Virus record (IMG/VR): IMGVR_UViG_3300030103_003525
Span: 1-58,212 of that record
DNA length: 58,212 nucleotides
Source: a virus
Taxonomy: Duplodnaviria > Caudoviricetes
Strand: one strand, 5' to 3'
In this document: in pieces, positions 36,885 through 48,047 of the stretch
How the letters are laid out: each line of letters opens with the position of its first letter
Numbering within the stretch: position 1 is the stretch's first letter
Position numbers and translations under genes: made by a program
The notes under the pieces: model-generated
Told to the model about the DNA's origin: nothing
Database searches by the model: none
The model's input: the letters and a program-made list of their open reading frames with translations, nothing else

Positions 36885-38474
36885 TTAAAATCCGCTCATT
36901 GAGTTTCCAGCTTTCTCTTCACGTAAAGCTATAAATCTTTCAACTGCAGCTGTATTAAGATTATCTGTAATAAAATTCATTAAAAGAACAGGATCTGACT
37001 CTTTTTCGCCTTTGCTGAATTTTGTTTTAAACGTTTTCTTTGAGCCATTAGGAGCTGTTATAATTACCCTTTCGCTAAATGGATTAGTAGGAACGGTAAC
37101 TGTAAATCCAAGAGCATTAAAATCTTTAGCAAATTTCTCCGCAAAGTCTTCTTCGTAAACTTTAGTTATATAGTCATCTGTAATTTTACTACGAATATAT
37201 TTAAGAGTTTCCATCATAGGCTTTCTAGTTTCATCCGATTTAACTGATGTACCAGTTAAGTCTTGCCACACAAAATCTTCAGGCACTGTAGAATATCCGC
37301 CTGCCGCTTTTTCTATTTGATTAGGGTCAGAAACTCCGTGTATTGCTACCCCTGCTATTGCCCAATCTTCTTGTGTTGGCTGCTCGCCTTTTTTAGCTAT
37401 AAAGATGCCATTATCACCCGTTTTATTTAGGCTCGGTTGTGAGTACATAAGTTCAAGAACCTGATCTCCACTGCTGTTTGTGCCAAATTCTATACTAGTA
37501 ATTCCTTTCTTAACGCTTGCCGGATCATTTAATATTGCTCCAAGAAGATTCTTACGCTTATCGTTATCTGTTTCTTTATATATGTTCATCCATTGAGACA
37601 CAGGGAATGCTTTTGTTTTAGATTCTTCGTCTCGAGCTTTAGCATAAGGACTAACACCTTGCCTTGCAACAAAATTAATTGCAGAATTAACAACACCGTC
37701 CATATAATCGTTAAATAGATTTGGGTTTTGTTCTTGGAATATAGGTTCGTTTATAAGATCAACATCTATTGGTCTAATTGGATTTCTTAAACTGCGATCT
37801 CCAATTAAGTCTTTTTCAAAAGCTTGATAAAGGATTGCCCCTTGTTTTTCTTCAGGCAAATAAGATCTGTTCTCCATTATCTTTTTAAAATCTTTTCTGA
37901 CCTTATCTAAATCATAATTACCTTCTGCGGTCATATAGTCGTTTTTCTTTCTATCAAAAGATTCTAGTAAAAGATTTACTGCTTTATTTGGATCTGCGAT
38001 ATCTGATTTATATGACATCCCAAACTCTAAAGGGTTTTGTCCTAATAAAATAATTTGCTCTGCTGTTCTTTTTACACTTCTGTCTTTTTCTAAAAGGTCA
38101 AATGCATCTATGCTAGTAATTGAATACTTATTAGGGTTAGCGTTATAGTCAGAAGATAAAGACCTATTGTTGTCTGCAAGAAATTTTGCTGTTCCTGCAA
38201 TTTTAGCGTAGTAAGAGTGAGCTTTTCTGAGGGCTTTTATGTAATCTACATTATTTGGATCTTGAGAGTATAAATCTCTAGCGTCTTCAACAGCATCATA
38301 CGCTCCTTGAACAGCATCTACATCAGCAGCTAAATAATTACCTTGAATCTCGTCAAACTGAGATGAGAATTCCTCTGCCCTTAGAGCGTCTTGAGTTTTT
38401 TGCCTCTTTAAATTATAACCAATCTCCGCAAAATTTGGCAACTTAATTACTCCTGATGGTATTACTTCAGCCAT
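36885..38474 (-). CDS. Putative internal virion (ejection) protein
   Basis: 529 aa between the pilot-like gene and the giant protein; positional inference. Confidence 0.55.
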   Translation of the reverse strand: MAEVIPSGVIKLPNFAEIGYNLKRQKTQDALRAEEFSSQFDEIQGNYLAADVDAVQGAYDAVEDARDLYSQDPNNVDYIKALRKAHSYYAKIAGTAKFLADNNRSLSSDYNANPNKYSITSIDAFDLLEKDRSVKRTAEQIILLGQNPLEFGMSYKSDIADPNKAVNLLLESFDRKKNDYMTAEGNYDLDKVRKDFKKIMENRSYLPEEKQGAILYQAFEKDLIGDRSLRNPIRPIDVDLINEPIFQEQNPNLFNDYMDGVVNSAINFVARQGVSPYAKARDEESKTKAFPVSQWMNIYKETDNDKRKNLLGAILNDPASVKKGITSIEFGTNSSGDQVLELMYSQPSLNKTGDNGIFIAKKGEQPTQEDWAIAGVAIHGVSDPNQIEKAAGGYSTVPEDFVWQDLTGTSVKSDETRKPMMETLKYIRSKITDDYITKVYEEDFAEKFAKDFNALGFTVTVPTNPFSERVIITAPNGSKKTFKTKFSKGEKESDPVLLMNFITDNLNTAAVERFIALREEKAGNSMSGF

Positions 38475-39403
38475 TACTTATTCTTATTAAATTTTTTCAA
38501 AAGACTTCTAAAATAAGAGCTTTCTTTACTTAGTTTAGCTTGCTGTTTAGGGTTAAGTATTACCTCTCCACCTGTCATCTCTCCCACCTTGACACCTTTC
38601 TGAACTATATCTATAGGGTTTGTGTCGTGATTAAACGCACCTTTGGTCATTTTACCTCCCTTTGCCATCCGTCTTACATTACTATTATATTGATTATCAT
38701 ATTGAAAATCTTTGTACTCATCGTCAGTATCAGGTCTTCTTACATATTTTCTTGGATCATCTATGTCTTTTAATCGATCTTCTTCTGCTTGTCTTTGTAT
38801 TTGATTTAAAGCTCCTCTTTGTTCTTCAGTCATCTCAAATTCAGGCTCATCATCAACAGCAACACTTTTCTTTTTAGGTTCTGAATATAAAGCCATTAAT
38901 CCTGCTTGACCTAACCCTCCAGCAATGTTTTGAATACCTCCTTCAATAGCTGCTTGAGCTGCACCTAAATCTCTTTGATAAGCAGCAATGTTTCTATTAA
39001 TTTCTCTTTCGCTACCCATAGCACCAATCTGTAATGCTCTCATTTGATCTGCTTGTCTCTTACCCATTAAGTTTATAGCTCCTTGATCACCAGCCCTTAC
39101 CATTCCCGGTAACGAACCTACCAATGCTCTACCACCACCCGCTTGAGCAGCTGCAATCCCTGTGGCTAAGTTTCTATTTAGTTCGTCTAATCGCCTTTCT
39201 TCAACCTCTCTATTTCTAGACAACTTAAGCATATCAGCGTATTCAGATGGTTTTTCAGTAGAAGGCTCTGCTAGTTGATTTGCCATTTTTTGACCTCTTG
39301 CCATTTGAGAAATTCCAAATATAGCTTGTGCTGCGGCAGGTATGTACGGCAATATTCCCCCTGCTACGTATTTTTTTGTTTTATCTTTTTTCTTTAAGCG
39401 CAT
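38474..39403 (-). CDS. Putative internal virion/pilot protein
   Basis: Ala/Gly/Gln-rich with hydrophobic helices; YVAGG and MAKGG motifs; GEMTGGEVI C-terminus. Confidence 0.6.
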   Translation of the reverse strand: MRLKKKDKTKKYVAGGILPYIPAAAQAIFGISQMARGQKMANQLAEPSTEKPSEYADMLKLSRNREVEERRLDELNRNLATGIAAAQAGGGRALVGSLPGMVRAGDQGAINLMGKRQADQMRALQIGAMGSEREINRNIAAYQRDLGAAQAAIEGGIQNIAGGLGQAGLMALYSEPKKKSVAVDDEPEFEMTEEQRGALNQIQRQAEEDRLKDIDDPRKYVRRPDTDDEYKDFQYDNQYNSNVRRMAKGGKMTKGAFNHDTNPIDIVQKGVKVGEMTGGEVILNPKQQAKLSKESSYFRSLLKKFNKNK

Positions 39404-39407
39404 AATA

Positions 39408-39415
39408 CAAAGGTA
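39408..39415 (-). promoter_or_regulatory. -7 element TACCTTTG, 4 nt before ATG 39403
   Basis: Minus strand reads TACCTTTG-TATT-ATG. Confidence 0.65.
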
Positions 39416-39419
39416 ATTA

Positions 39420-42400
39420 TTATTGTCCTAATTGGTTAGCCAGATTAGATTTAGCATATACGGTGTTTACAGCGTATAATTCTATCTCTGAAGTAGAACT
39501 ATTGGTTAGTTTAATTTTTGCATAGTAATCACGAATCTGATCTCCCTCAACGGATCCCGTTGCTATTGCTACAACCTCGTCACCGTTAGCTAATCCAGAA
39601 ACAGTTGAAGCGCAAGTTATTTTAGTTCCTGTAGGTACAGAAGATATAGTGTTACTTATAGAAACAAGAGTTGTTCCACTTATTTTATAAAGAGCTGCAC
39701 CCATTGGGAATGTTATGTAGCTTATATCACTACTAAAAGTTATATCAGCACCTGTAATATTACTAACAGCTCCTAAAGCAAATACTTCTGAACTACCAGA
39801 TAATGCTGTTATTGTTGAACCTCCAGTATTAGCAGAATCATCTCTTGGTATTGAAGCATACCAGTTACGTTCACGCTTATCATAAGTTGCTTCTAATATA
39901 TTAGCACTCTGATCTGTGTTTGTAATTAAAGTAGTCCAAGCATTTGTGCCTTCTAAGCTTATAGATTCAAAGGTCTTAACCATAGATGCGTTGGCAGCTG
40001 AAATAATTTCTACAACAGAATTATATGCTGTTCCATAATACGTGTTTCTATTTGCATCAGCACTATGTTTCCACATAGCTCCAGCTTTAAATGTATATAA
40101 TAGAGAGTCTATGCTTATAATGTTTTCTGGATCAAAAGAATATAAAGTAGTCCACACATTAGAACCAGCATCGTATCCTGCGGTGAATCCACTAGCATCA
40201 TTTGAAGCAGTTCCAAAGGCAGCTGTAAAGTTTCCGCAATCTCCGGGAAAAGTAAATGTTCCTTTAGATACATTAATTAATACAGGAATAAAGAAGTTAT
40301 ATGATATATCTGTCGCTATCCCGTATAAAGCTGTTGGCGTAGTACCTATATACTCTTCTCCTAAAACAATTGGCTGACCATCTACAAGCCTGTCTAAGTA
40401 GATAACAGCATTTATGCTATCATCAAAATTATCACACACATTATCAAAAGCTCTAAACTCAGTGTCTGCTTTAAATATTTGATTGTCATCATAAATGATT
40501 GATCCAAATACAGTATTACCAGCACCGTTTGTTTGAAGATCAAATGAATAGCTACTGCCACCAGATTCAGAAATAGTAACTGTGTTTTTGTCTAAAGATT
40601 CAGTAGATATAATGTATTCATTGTTTTCTACGTCAAATCCACCAATAACTTTCTTTACAGAAGCATTCTGAACTAGGTTCTCAAACTTAGTCCAAAAGAA
40701 CGTATCCATCTTAGCATCACTAATAGCTGTTATACCGTCTCTTGATATTCTTATTACTGCACCATTTCTTATATCAGCAAAGTAAATACGGCCCTCATTA
40801 ACTGCTACAGACTCTGGATTATTATTTACACCATACTCTCCTTGATAATAAGAAGGATTGCCTACAACATTGGTTGAAACAGCTAAGTTCTTTTCGCCTG
40901 AAGAATACTCAACAAGATTTCTATTTACAGGAAATATTCCACACTTCTTATCTTGAATAAACACAACGCTGTCATCTCTATTTACCATATATCTAACAGA
41001 TCCGTGTATATAGTTTAAGTCATAAAAAGGTGCTAGTGTTGGATTGAATGAAGATAAACCAAGAGTGTTAACGTCAATCAAAAATGCGTCAGAATACGTA
41101 ACAGATCCTGTTCTATAAACTTGTTTAGCATCAGGAAGCACAGAGAAAGGTCTACCTATTGATGTATTTTTAGAAGTAAAGAAATCAGAAACAGCTGTTG
41201 ATTCTACATACCTTATTAAGAAATTAAAAGACTTTGCATTTTTTCCGTATCTAAGCTGTCTTAACCTAAAATAAATGTCTCCTTGATCAATGTTAATTAC
41301 TGTTTCTGAAGAGTTCTGTAAGTTAACAGTATATGTTTGTCCTTGAACAAATAAACCAAACTGAGGAACAGCTTGTATATAATAGTTATATATACCGCTA
41401 ACAAAAGGTATTGCGTTTGCAACAACAAATTCATTACCAGAAGAGTCTTTCATAACATCTCCGGGATACATAATATTATTACTTCTAAATTCAAGAGGTG
41501 TAACTGGATTATTAACACAAAGTATAGAATACTGAGGTATAGAAGTTCTGTCCCCTATCATTGATCCATTAGCTCCAACAGAATAAGACTTACCTACTTC
41601 GTAATAAACTTCGTCCTCTGCTTTTTTTCTTACTTTATATAGTTCAATAATAGCTTTATCATCCCAATTATCTGTTCCAGCAATAATGCTATCCTTATCC
41701 CATCCAGCTTGAGACTTATCTTTTAATACTAAAAATGATCCTGTTGTATTATATGTAGAATTATCACTTGTTGAATCTAATATTGGATTTGTAGCTGGAT
41801 CATCAGTAAAATCTTCATATCCAACAACATCAAATATTATATCAGCAGGAAATGTAGAACCTCCGTGAGAGACAACACGAAGTTTGTCGCCTTCTGTGAA
41901 AGAGTATTCTATATTAGCCCCTTTAGATTCTTTATATGAATCATTCTTGCTTTCTAATGATCTAAATGATAAATAGAAAATATCATTATTTTGAGATATG
42001 GCATTTGCTTTTAATGCTGATATATTACTAGCAAAGTAACCTCGTATTACGCTATACTCTAGCTTTTGATCTATTGTTCCTCCTCCATATACAGGACTCC
42101 ATCTTTTAGCCCAACTAGGAGCTTTGCTTTTGATACGCATAATAACATTAGCAACTCCTTTATTTTGCCTGTTACCGTACCAGTCTATAGTCACATTCCC
42201 AGCCTCTTGAACAGCAGAAGATCTATTTCTATCATCGTAAAAAACAACACCTAAAGAGTGGGTTGAACCTGACTTAAAACCTTTATGACCTTTTGTATCT
42301 CCCGTTACAAAAGTAGAAGACTCAATAACCTCGCTGTCAAAAGATGTTGAAGACCACTGTAATGATGATCCATTTCCAAAAGGAAGTATATCATCGGCAG

Positions 42401-44231
42401 AAGAAGACCAAAAAACAAAGTTATACCCTTTATAAGATATGCCATCACCTAAAATTAAAGGTGTTGATGAAGCAAAATTAACAGGATTATTGAAATCTTC
42501 TGCGCCACCTAAAGCGGTTGGTTTATATATATTTTTAATGTTTAATGTTGAAGATAAAAGATCTGCTCTAAAAGTTAAAATGTTTCCATTTAATCCAACT
42601 TTTGTTAGTCGAACAGAACCAAGTCCGTTAAATGTAAAAAATCTACGAATAGGAATTGGAGAAATTGTATTTCCTCCAAATTTAGTTCTTAATGCAGAAA
42701 TTGTATTTAAAGGCTGACTAAGCGTAAATGAAGGAGTTCCTGCTGCGTAATTTGAATTATTGTTTTTACAATCAAATACAACTTGATAAACTTTAGCTAT
42801 TGCAGAATTTATAAGGACTTCTAGTCCTTGAATAGTAGTCCCAGCTGGAAATTTTAAAGATTCAGTAACTCCTATTGGTGCAGTATCTACAGTAATTGTG
42901 TCTTCTAAAATTCCTCCAGCATTAGCTTGCAGTAAATCATCATCAAGTTCAACCCAATGAACAAACGCACCGTTTTGATTATTTAAAGTTCCAATTTGAA
43001 GTCTATCAAGAACAAATGAAAAGTCTATATTTAATAAAGAATCTTGAGGAACAGGAAAAGTTATTGAGCTTAAATCAAAAGTGAGAGTTTTTATCGCCCC
43101 ATTAGGATTAGCTCCATTATCTACTGTTATTGTTTGTATTCCGGGTCTTAAATAATAATTAGGAAGTAAAGCAATGTCGTTATCTTGATTTGCATAGCCT
43201 TCTAAATAATTACCTAAAAATAAACGACTTCCACTAATTGTCTGTGATTGCGCTTTTAAAGGAACAGCATCATATAATTTGTCTGAGTCCGTTGAAGGTA
43301 TGAAGTTATATAGCTGATTATTTTTAAAGTCAGTAAATAGTGTTGACGATGTAGATAATGAAGGATTGTTTATTTCATCAATCACAAATAGAGGCCCTTT
43401 ATTTCCCTCACGAGCCAAAACTTCAATGCGCTTAACGTCCGCCACACTAGTCTCTACAGAAACCCTTATTGTATTATTCTTTAGTTTCTCTGCATCAGTT
43501 ATTAAACCGTCCTTTAATTGCTGTTCACTAACTGCTAGTTCAGTATACTTAGATATAGCAGAAACTTCTCCGTCAAGATAAAAATAGCGATACGCAAACT
43601 GATATGTATTTTCAAATACGTTGTTTTCTTTTAAAGAAGAGTCTGTTATGAACTCAAAAGTAGGTGGGTCTAATGGTGGTTTTTTAGCTAATGTTATAAA
43701 TTCTAACTTCTCTGCATCAGATCCGCTGTTTAATACTGAAGAATAGCCCCCTCTTATCGCTCTAGAGACGTTTAATTTCTTTGGTGATGAAAGACCATCG
43801 GTAAAGTATAAAAGGCTGTCTTTGTCTAAGTTTCTAATAATGTCTGCTTGGACTAAAGTGTCTTTCTGAAATGATAAAACAGAATCTCTATACACCAACT
43901 CAGCCTTACCAACAGCAGTAGTAAATCTATATATGCTATGCTTTTGAGTTGAGTTCCAAACAAAGAAGATAACAATGCCATCTTGAAGGTCAGCTACAGA
44001 ACCAATAACCTTGTTATCTCCCGTAGGAAGAGCGTGTGTCTTAGCTTGCCAGTTATTGCCCGCTGCAAAAGAAACAGCCCCATTACCATATGCGTTCTTA
44101 ACAATACCTCCATCCCCATCTTGATCTGCTGATATACGCACATTTAGCGCATCAGTCATCTCTATGTTTTTGACTAAACGAGCATCGTCCTCTTTATTAA
44201 GGTATCTGGGAATTATCTTATCTATAGCCAT
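39420..44231 (-). CDS. Tail stabilisation (nozzle/muzzle-like) protein
   Basis: 1603 aa; LNKEDDARLV..DALNVRI, YQFAYRY, RLFLGNY, GEYGVNNNPES, YFADIRNGAVIRISRDGIT.IS, as in crAss-like stabilisation proteins. Confidence 0.75.
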   Translation of the reverse strand: MAIDKIIPRYLNKEDDARLVKNIEMTDALNVRISADQDGDGGIVKNAYGNGAVSFAAGNNWQAKTHALPTGDNKVIGSVADLQDGIVIFFVWNSTQKHSIYRFTTAVGKAELVYRDSVLSFQKDTLVQADIIRNLDKDSLLYFTDGLSSPKKLNVSRAIRGGYSSVLNSGSDAEKLEFITLAKKPPLDPPTFEFITDSSLKENNVFENTYQFAYRYFYLDGEVSAISKYTELAVSEQQLKDGLITDAEKLKNNTIRVSVETSVADVKRIEVLAREGNKGPLFVIDEINNPSLSTSSTLFTDFKNNQLYNFIPSTDSDKLYDAVPLKAQSQTISGSRLFLGNYLEGYANQDNDIALLPNYYLRPGIQTITVDNGANPNGAIKTLTFDLSSITFPVPQDSLLNIDFSFVLDRLQIGTLNNQNGAFVHWVELDDDLLQANAGGILEDTITVDTAPIGVTESLKFPAGTTIQGLEVLINSAIAKVYQVVFDCKNNNSNYAAGTPSFTLSQPLNTISALRTKFGGNTISPIPIRRFFTFNGLGSVRLTKVGLNGNILTFRADLLSSTLNIKNIYKPTALGGAEDFNNPVNFASSTPLILGDGISYKGYNFVFWSSSADDILPFGNGSSLQWSSTSFDSEVIESSTFVTGDTKGHKGFKSGSTHSLGVVFYDDRNRSSAVQEAGNVTIDWYGNRQNKGVANVIMRIKSKAPSWAKRWSPVYGGGTIDQKLEYSVIRGYFASNISALKANAISQNNDIFYLSFRSLESKNDSYKESKGANIEYSFTEGDKLRVVSHGGSTFPADIIFDVVGYEDFTDDPATNPILDSTSDNSTYNTTGSFLVLKDKSQAGWDKDSIIAGTDNWDDKAIIELYKVRKKAEDEVYYEVGKSYSVGANGSMIGDRTSIPQYSILCVNNPVTPLEFRSNNIMYPGDVMKDSSGNEFVVANAIPFVSGIYNYYIQAVPQFGLFVQGQTYTVNLQNSSETVINIDQGDIYFRLRQLRYGKNAKSFNFLIRYVESTAVSDFFTSKNTSIGRPFSVLPDAKQVYRTGSVTYSDAFLIDVNTLGLSSFNPTLAPFYDLNYIHGSVRYMVNRDDSVVFIQDKKCGIFPVNRNLVEYSSGEKNLAVSTNVVGNPSYYQGEYGVNNNPESVAVNEGRIYFADIRNGAVIRISRDGITAISDAKMDTFFWTKFENLVQNASVKKVIGGFDVENNEYIISTESLDKNTVTISESGGSSYSFDLQTNGAGNTVFGSIIYDDNQIFKADTEFRAFDNVCDNFDDSINAVIYLDRLVDGQPIVLGEEYIGTTPTALYGIATDISYNFFIPVLINVSKGTFTFPGDCGNFTAAFGTASNDASGFTAGYDAGSNVWTTLYSFDPENIISIDSLLYTFKAGAMWKHSADANRNTYYGTAYNSVVEIISAANASMVKTFESISLEGTNAWTTLITNTDQSANILEATYDKRERNWYASIPRDDSANTGGSTITALSGSSEVFALGAVSNITGADITFSSDISYITFPMGAALYKISGTTLVSISNTISSVPTGTKITCASTVSGLANGDEVVAIATGSVEGDQIRDYYAKIKLTNSSTSEIELYAVNTVYAKSNLANQLGQ

Positions 44232-44234
44232 AGA

Positions 44235-44966
44235 TTAGTATTTCGGGCTTTGAACAAAGTTCTTTCTAATCGTCTTAAGAGCTTCTTCCTTAGAGAAAGC
44301 TTTTAGTCTTGAGTTTGCTAATCTGCGTTCATTATAGTATTCTTGTCTAGCTCTTTGCTTTTCCACAGCAGGAACATTACTCTTTCTCTCCACTAGTCTA
44401 TAGTATATGTACGCTCGAATAGCTTGCTCTGCATAAACGTGAACGCTTGGATTAGTAGCTCTAGCCTCATCAGCGATGTACTCCATATATACAGATGTTA
44501 CACTTGTGCCTAGAGTAAGCTCTATCCTATTCTCTTCTAAGTTAATCCTATACTCCCCATTGTACTTACCTCCACCGTATCCATAAATCCTTCCCTCTGC
44601 TCCTAGAAAGTTTCTGTAGATAAAGTCGCTATATCCTAACATATAGTCTGGCAAATCTCCAGAGCTGTTGGCTAATAGGTTTTTGTTATTGTTTTCTCCA
44701 AATATGTACACCAATCCATCCTCTCCTACAACACCTAGCTTAAGCATATCTACGTAATCGGTAGGTAGTGTAATGGTATCTGTTGCACTTACGGCTATAT
44801 CAACAGCTTTAATACGCTTCATTATATCAAACCCTAAGTCTCTTATCCCTCTAAGAGCTAAGTTTCTGATTGTTGTATCAGATGCGTTATTTACATAGTC
44901 ATCACTGTCAATTGAAAAAGTGAAGTCAGTTAGTATTTGTTCTAGGGATACTGTATTTCTAGCCAT
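44235..44966 (-). CDS. Tail tubular/ring protein
   Basis: 243 aa; ITLPTDYVDMLKLG motif and position before the stabilisation protein. Confidence 0.6.
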   Translation of the reverse strand: MARNTVSLEQILTDFTFSIDSDDYVNNASDTTIRNLALRGIRDLGFDIMKRIKAVDIAVSATDTITLPTDYVDMLKLGVVGEDGLVYIFGENNNKNLLANSSGDLPDYMLGYSDFIYRNFLGAEGRIYGYGGGKYNGEYRINLEENRIELTLGTSVTSVYMEYIADEARATNPSVHVYAEQAIRAYIYYRLVERKSNVPAVEKQRARQEYYNERRLANSRLKAFSKEEALKTIRKNFVQSPKY

Positions 44967-44969
44967 CTC

Positions 44970-45683
44970 TTATGCTGTTTTTTCTTCGTTGAGACTAAAG
45001 GTATATACATCTTTATCTCTTAGGTTTATACCAATAAGTTTTGCCATTTCAATAACTAATTCAGCGAAGTAATAATCGGGTAGTTCAAAGTCAATGCTGT
45101 TCGCAGCACTATACTGCTCTTGACCTGCTACAACAGTATATCCAAACTTAGGCTGTATAGTTGATTTAGCTCCAGTAGTAGGAACAATTCCTTGAGGTAT
45201 CTTATAGTATCTCATAACTACACTTGTTAAGTTAGTAGGAAATACTTGAATATTAGAACTTACTAATACTACAGGGTGAGTTGCAGATGGAGCTGATAAA
45301 GTTGATCTTAATATATAATCAATTTTTTCTTCATCATAAACAATCTCTACGTTCTTTGCGGGATCATCTGTAGTCTTTATAGATATTACCCTCGCTAAGT
45401 CCGAAGGCTTGCTTCCAGCACCAGTTGATAATGATACTGTAGCTGTCTTTGAAAAAACAGATAGATCTTCACTTGCTTGCTTTACACGAGACTTATCTCT
45501 TCCCGCATCAGACTGTGCATTACGAATTCTTTTATTTAATGCAGCATCACTAAAGAGCTTATTAAATAGATTCATCTGAGCTACCGATGCAAAGCTGTTA
45601 AAAACAGCCGGAGTAACGAAGCCTCTTTGGTCTTTGTTGACCAAATTTTTAAGTGCTGAGTATACTTGATTTACGCTTGCCAT
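44970..45683 (-). CDS. Head-tail adaptor/ring protein (start revised to ATG 45683, MASVNQVY)
   Basis: NKDQRGFVTPAVFN..AQ and DFELP motifs; the annotated upstream extension overlaps a terminator and a promoter (TATCTTTG, 45703-45710). Confidence 0.65.
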   Translation of the reverse strand: MASVNQVYSALKNLVNKDQRGFVTPAVFNSFASVAQMNLFNKLFSDAALNKRIRNAQSDAGRDKSRVKQASEDLSVFSKTATVSLSTGAGSKPSDLARVISIKTTDDPAKNVEIVYDEEKIDYILRSTLSAPSATHPVVLVSSNIQVFPTNLTSVVMRYYKIPQGIVPTTGAKSTIQPKFGYTVVAGQEQYSAANSIDFELPDYYFAELVIEMAKLIGINLRDKDVYTFSLNEEKTA

Positions 45684-45712
45684 TGTTGCTAAACTATTTA
45701 TACAAAGATAGT

Positions 45713-45744
45713 AAATAGAAAGAGGCCACCTTTGGGGCAGCCTC
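45713..45744 (-). terminator. Intrinsic terminator
   Basis: GAGGCTGCC-ccaaa-GGTGGCCTC-TTTCTATTT. Confidence 0.6.
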
Positions 45745-45796
45745 CTTCGTAACAACACACTATTAATCCCGATGTGGGATTACGTAAAGATACTAA

Positions 45797-46564
45797 TTAT
45801 GATTCAGCCTTATCGACCTCATTTTTAATAGTTTCCAACGTACCTGATCCTTTTTCTGTTAAACAAAACTGAGTCATAACTGAAACAGTGTCTTGACCAA
45901 CAGGTGTAGCGATAATAAATCTATTGCTATCAAACCAGTACATACCATCATCTTTAGCTTTTAATATCTGAAAGTCAACAGCTTTCTTGATAACTGACCT
46001 TGTTTGAACAGTAGGGTTATCAAATAAACCAATAAACTTTTTAGGATTAGATTTCGCTTCTAACAACAGTTCTCTTTTTATCTCAGCATTCTTTTGATCT
46101 GTTGCAACTCCTAAGTAGATAGCTACAGGAAGTAAATCACTTATTGATTTTGATCGAACTAAAGAAATAGCATCGTGTAAGATAAACTCTGTGTCTAAAT
46201 CGATTTCAGCCTCTTTTTCTGTATTTACTTCTTCAAATATAGTTCCTCCATTAGATTTATTAAAAGGATGTATATCTAAAAAGTCTTGAAGATTAGGCTG
46301 ATTTGGTTGTGTTCCAAGCATACCTTCTTCAAATAATATATGAGAGCGTATTGCGTTATCGCTTTGCTCATCAGCAAATATAGAAGGTTCATTTGGACAG
46401 TACCTTATCTGACGATTCTTACCTGTCTTTTTATCAAAGATAATAGCGTCACTTCTCATTCTAAAAAGAACGCCTCCGCCAGTTGGTATAGTATAAATTT
46501 TGGGTTTACGTACTTGTACGCTTTCTGATTTTTTAGCCGCAGGGGCTTTTGTGGACTTTGCCAT
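45797..46564 (-). CDS. Capsid-adjacent protein of unknown function
   Basis: 255 aa immediately after the capsid gene; RQIRYCPNEPSIFADEQ. Confidence 0.7.
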   Translation of the reverse strand: MAKSTKAPAAKKSESVQVRKPKIYTIPTGGGVLFRMRSDAIIFDKKTGKNRQIRYCPNEPSIFADEQSDNAIRSHILFEEGMLGTQPNQPNLQDFLDIHPFNKSNGGTIFEEVNTEKEAEIDLDTEFILHDAISLVRSKSISDLLPVAIYLGVATDQKNAEIKRELLLEAKSNPKKFIGLFDNPTVQTRSVIKKAVDFQILKAKDDGMYWFDSNRFIIATPVGQDTVSVMTQFCLTEKGSGTLETIKNEVDKAES

Positions 46565-46590
46565 AATTGAATATAATTAAATGTTTTATA

Positions 46591-46629
46591 AAAAAGAGAA
46601 TAGAGAGAGACCGAAGTCTCTCCCATCCC
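46591..46629 (-). terminator. Intrinsic terminator after the major capsid gene
   Basis: GAGAGAC-TTCG-GTCTCTC with UUCG loop, followed by a T-rich tail. Confidence 0.8.
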
Positions 46630-46641
46630 TTATAAAAAAGA

Positions 46642-48021
46642 TTACGCTTGCTTTAAGATAACGTGCTGGTTAGCAGCTCTAGTAACTAAGTTACACTCAG
46701 TACGGTAGTTAAACTGTAAAGAGTCATCGTTAGTGTTAGAAACGCCCAAGATAGAACCAGTCATCCAATGCTCCATCTCACGAGAGTAGCCATTGCTAGA
46801 CTTATAGTTCATCTCTAAAGCAGCAGCCTTAGTTCCTGTCTTTGGATCAGCAACAGTAGTCAAAGGAATCATAACTCCTTGATACTTAGATCCTGACAAC
46901 AAAGTAGGCTCGTTAAGAAGCTTCCAAGAGTGCTTATGGAAACCATAAGATCCTCTCATAAATGAAGCGAAACCTAATTTGATTGCCATATCCTTGTCAT
47001 TGTTAAATGATCCAAATTGAGTTGTAACACCAGCTGTAATATTAGCAGCAGTACTCATACCTGAAGCGATGAGGTCATCAAACTTAAGGTCTTGTGCGCG
47101 ATCACAATAAACAGCATATTCAGCAGCAGCTCCTTGCTTGTCTAAAGCAACGATCAAAGCGTCTAAATCAGCTAAATCGTGAATTGCTTGCTCAGCATTA
47201 GCAGCAGTAGTGACGATACCACGATTTTCAATAGCACTGAAGTAACCTTCAGATCCATCTCCAAATCCAGTAACACCAGCGTTAGTGATCTGTTGTCCTA
47301 ACAACATCATCATCTCTCTCTTATCGATAAAACGCTGACGAGTGTCATTCTCAGACTTGATGTACCAACGGTAATCACCATTTCCAAGATTAATCCAACC
47401 TACGTTTGTAGCTTGAGATCCAGTAACCTTATAAGTCTCTTTGATGATCATATAAGGGTTAGTTCTCTTGACCACGTTGCTTTCCAAGTAACCAGAGTTC
47501 TGACCACTTCCTTGAGCAAACAAGTTACCAACGATAGGAAAGTCAACAGCAGTATTAGCAAGGTTAGCACTTAAACCACCATCTAATAAAGACTTAGCAG
47601 TAGCAGTAGTCGCTCCAGCAAAAGTAGTTTCAGCTCCAGCAGCAACAGCTGTTACGATGAAACGATCTACTCCTCCAACAAGAATAATGTCATTAACACG
47701 AAGAGGCTTCTCTGTGTTAGCCTCTAATGCTAAAGTTATTGTCTTAGCAGCAGCATTTGCAGCAGTTGGTTTAGCCTTCTGAGCTGGGTGAAGACGAGTC
47801 TCTTCCCAGTATTGAACTTGATCAGCTGTTCCGTTAGACTTAACAGCTCCAGTTAGTTGAAGGAATCCGGTGATACCTTGATCACCATATGTTTTAACGA
47901 GTGCGTCCCTGTTATCAGGTGCGTTTATCTCGTCAATAAAGTCTCCTAAAGAGACATATTTTGCGGGGTCTAATCTACGAATAGTATTAGGGGCAAAATC
48001 AGTAGGGCTTACAGTTGCCAT
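46642..48021 (-). CDS. Major capsid protein
   Basis: 459 aa after a scaffold-like gene and followed by a strong terminator; IIKETYKVTGSQAT..W, EGYFSAIENRG and GFASFMRGSYGFHK resemble crAss-related capsid proteins. Confidence 0.8.
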   Translation of the reverse strand: MATVSPTDFAPNTIRRLDPAKYVSLGDFIDEINAPDNRDALVKTYGDQGITGFLQLTGAVKSNGTADQVQYWEETRLHPAQKAKPTAANAAAKTITLALEANTEKPLRVNDIILVGGVDRFIVTAVAAGAETTFAGATTATAKSLLDGGLSANLANTAVDFPIVGNLFAQGSGQNSGYLESNVVKRTNPYMIIKETYKVTGSQATNVGWINLGNGDYRWYIKSENDTRQRFIDKREMMMLLGQQITNAGVTGFGDGSEGYFSAIENRGIVTTAANAEQAIHDLADLDALIVALDKQGAAAEYAVYCDRAQDLKFDDLIASGMSTAANITAGVTTQFGSFNNDKDMAIKLGFASFMRGSYGFHKHSWKLLNEPTLLSGSKYQGVMIPLTTVADPKTGTKAAALEMNYKSSNGYSREMEHWMTGSILGVSNTNDDSLQFNYRTECNLVTRAANQHVILKQA

Positions 48022-48047
48022 AATTATTTATTTTTTAGATATTATTA

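Noticed and set aside
45684-45758. N-terminal extension MLLRRRLPQRWP of ORF 44970..45758
   Set aside because: It spans a terminator hairpin and a -7 promoter; ATG 45683 is the likelier start.
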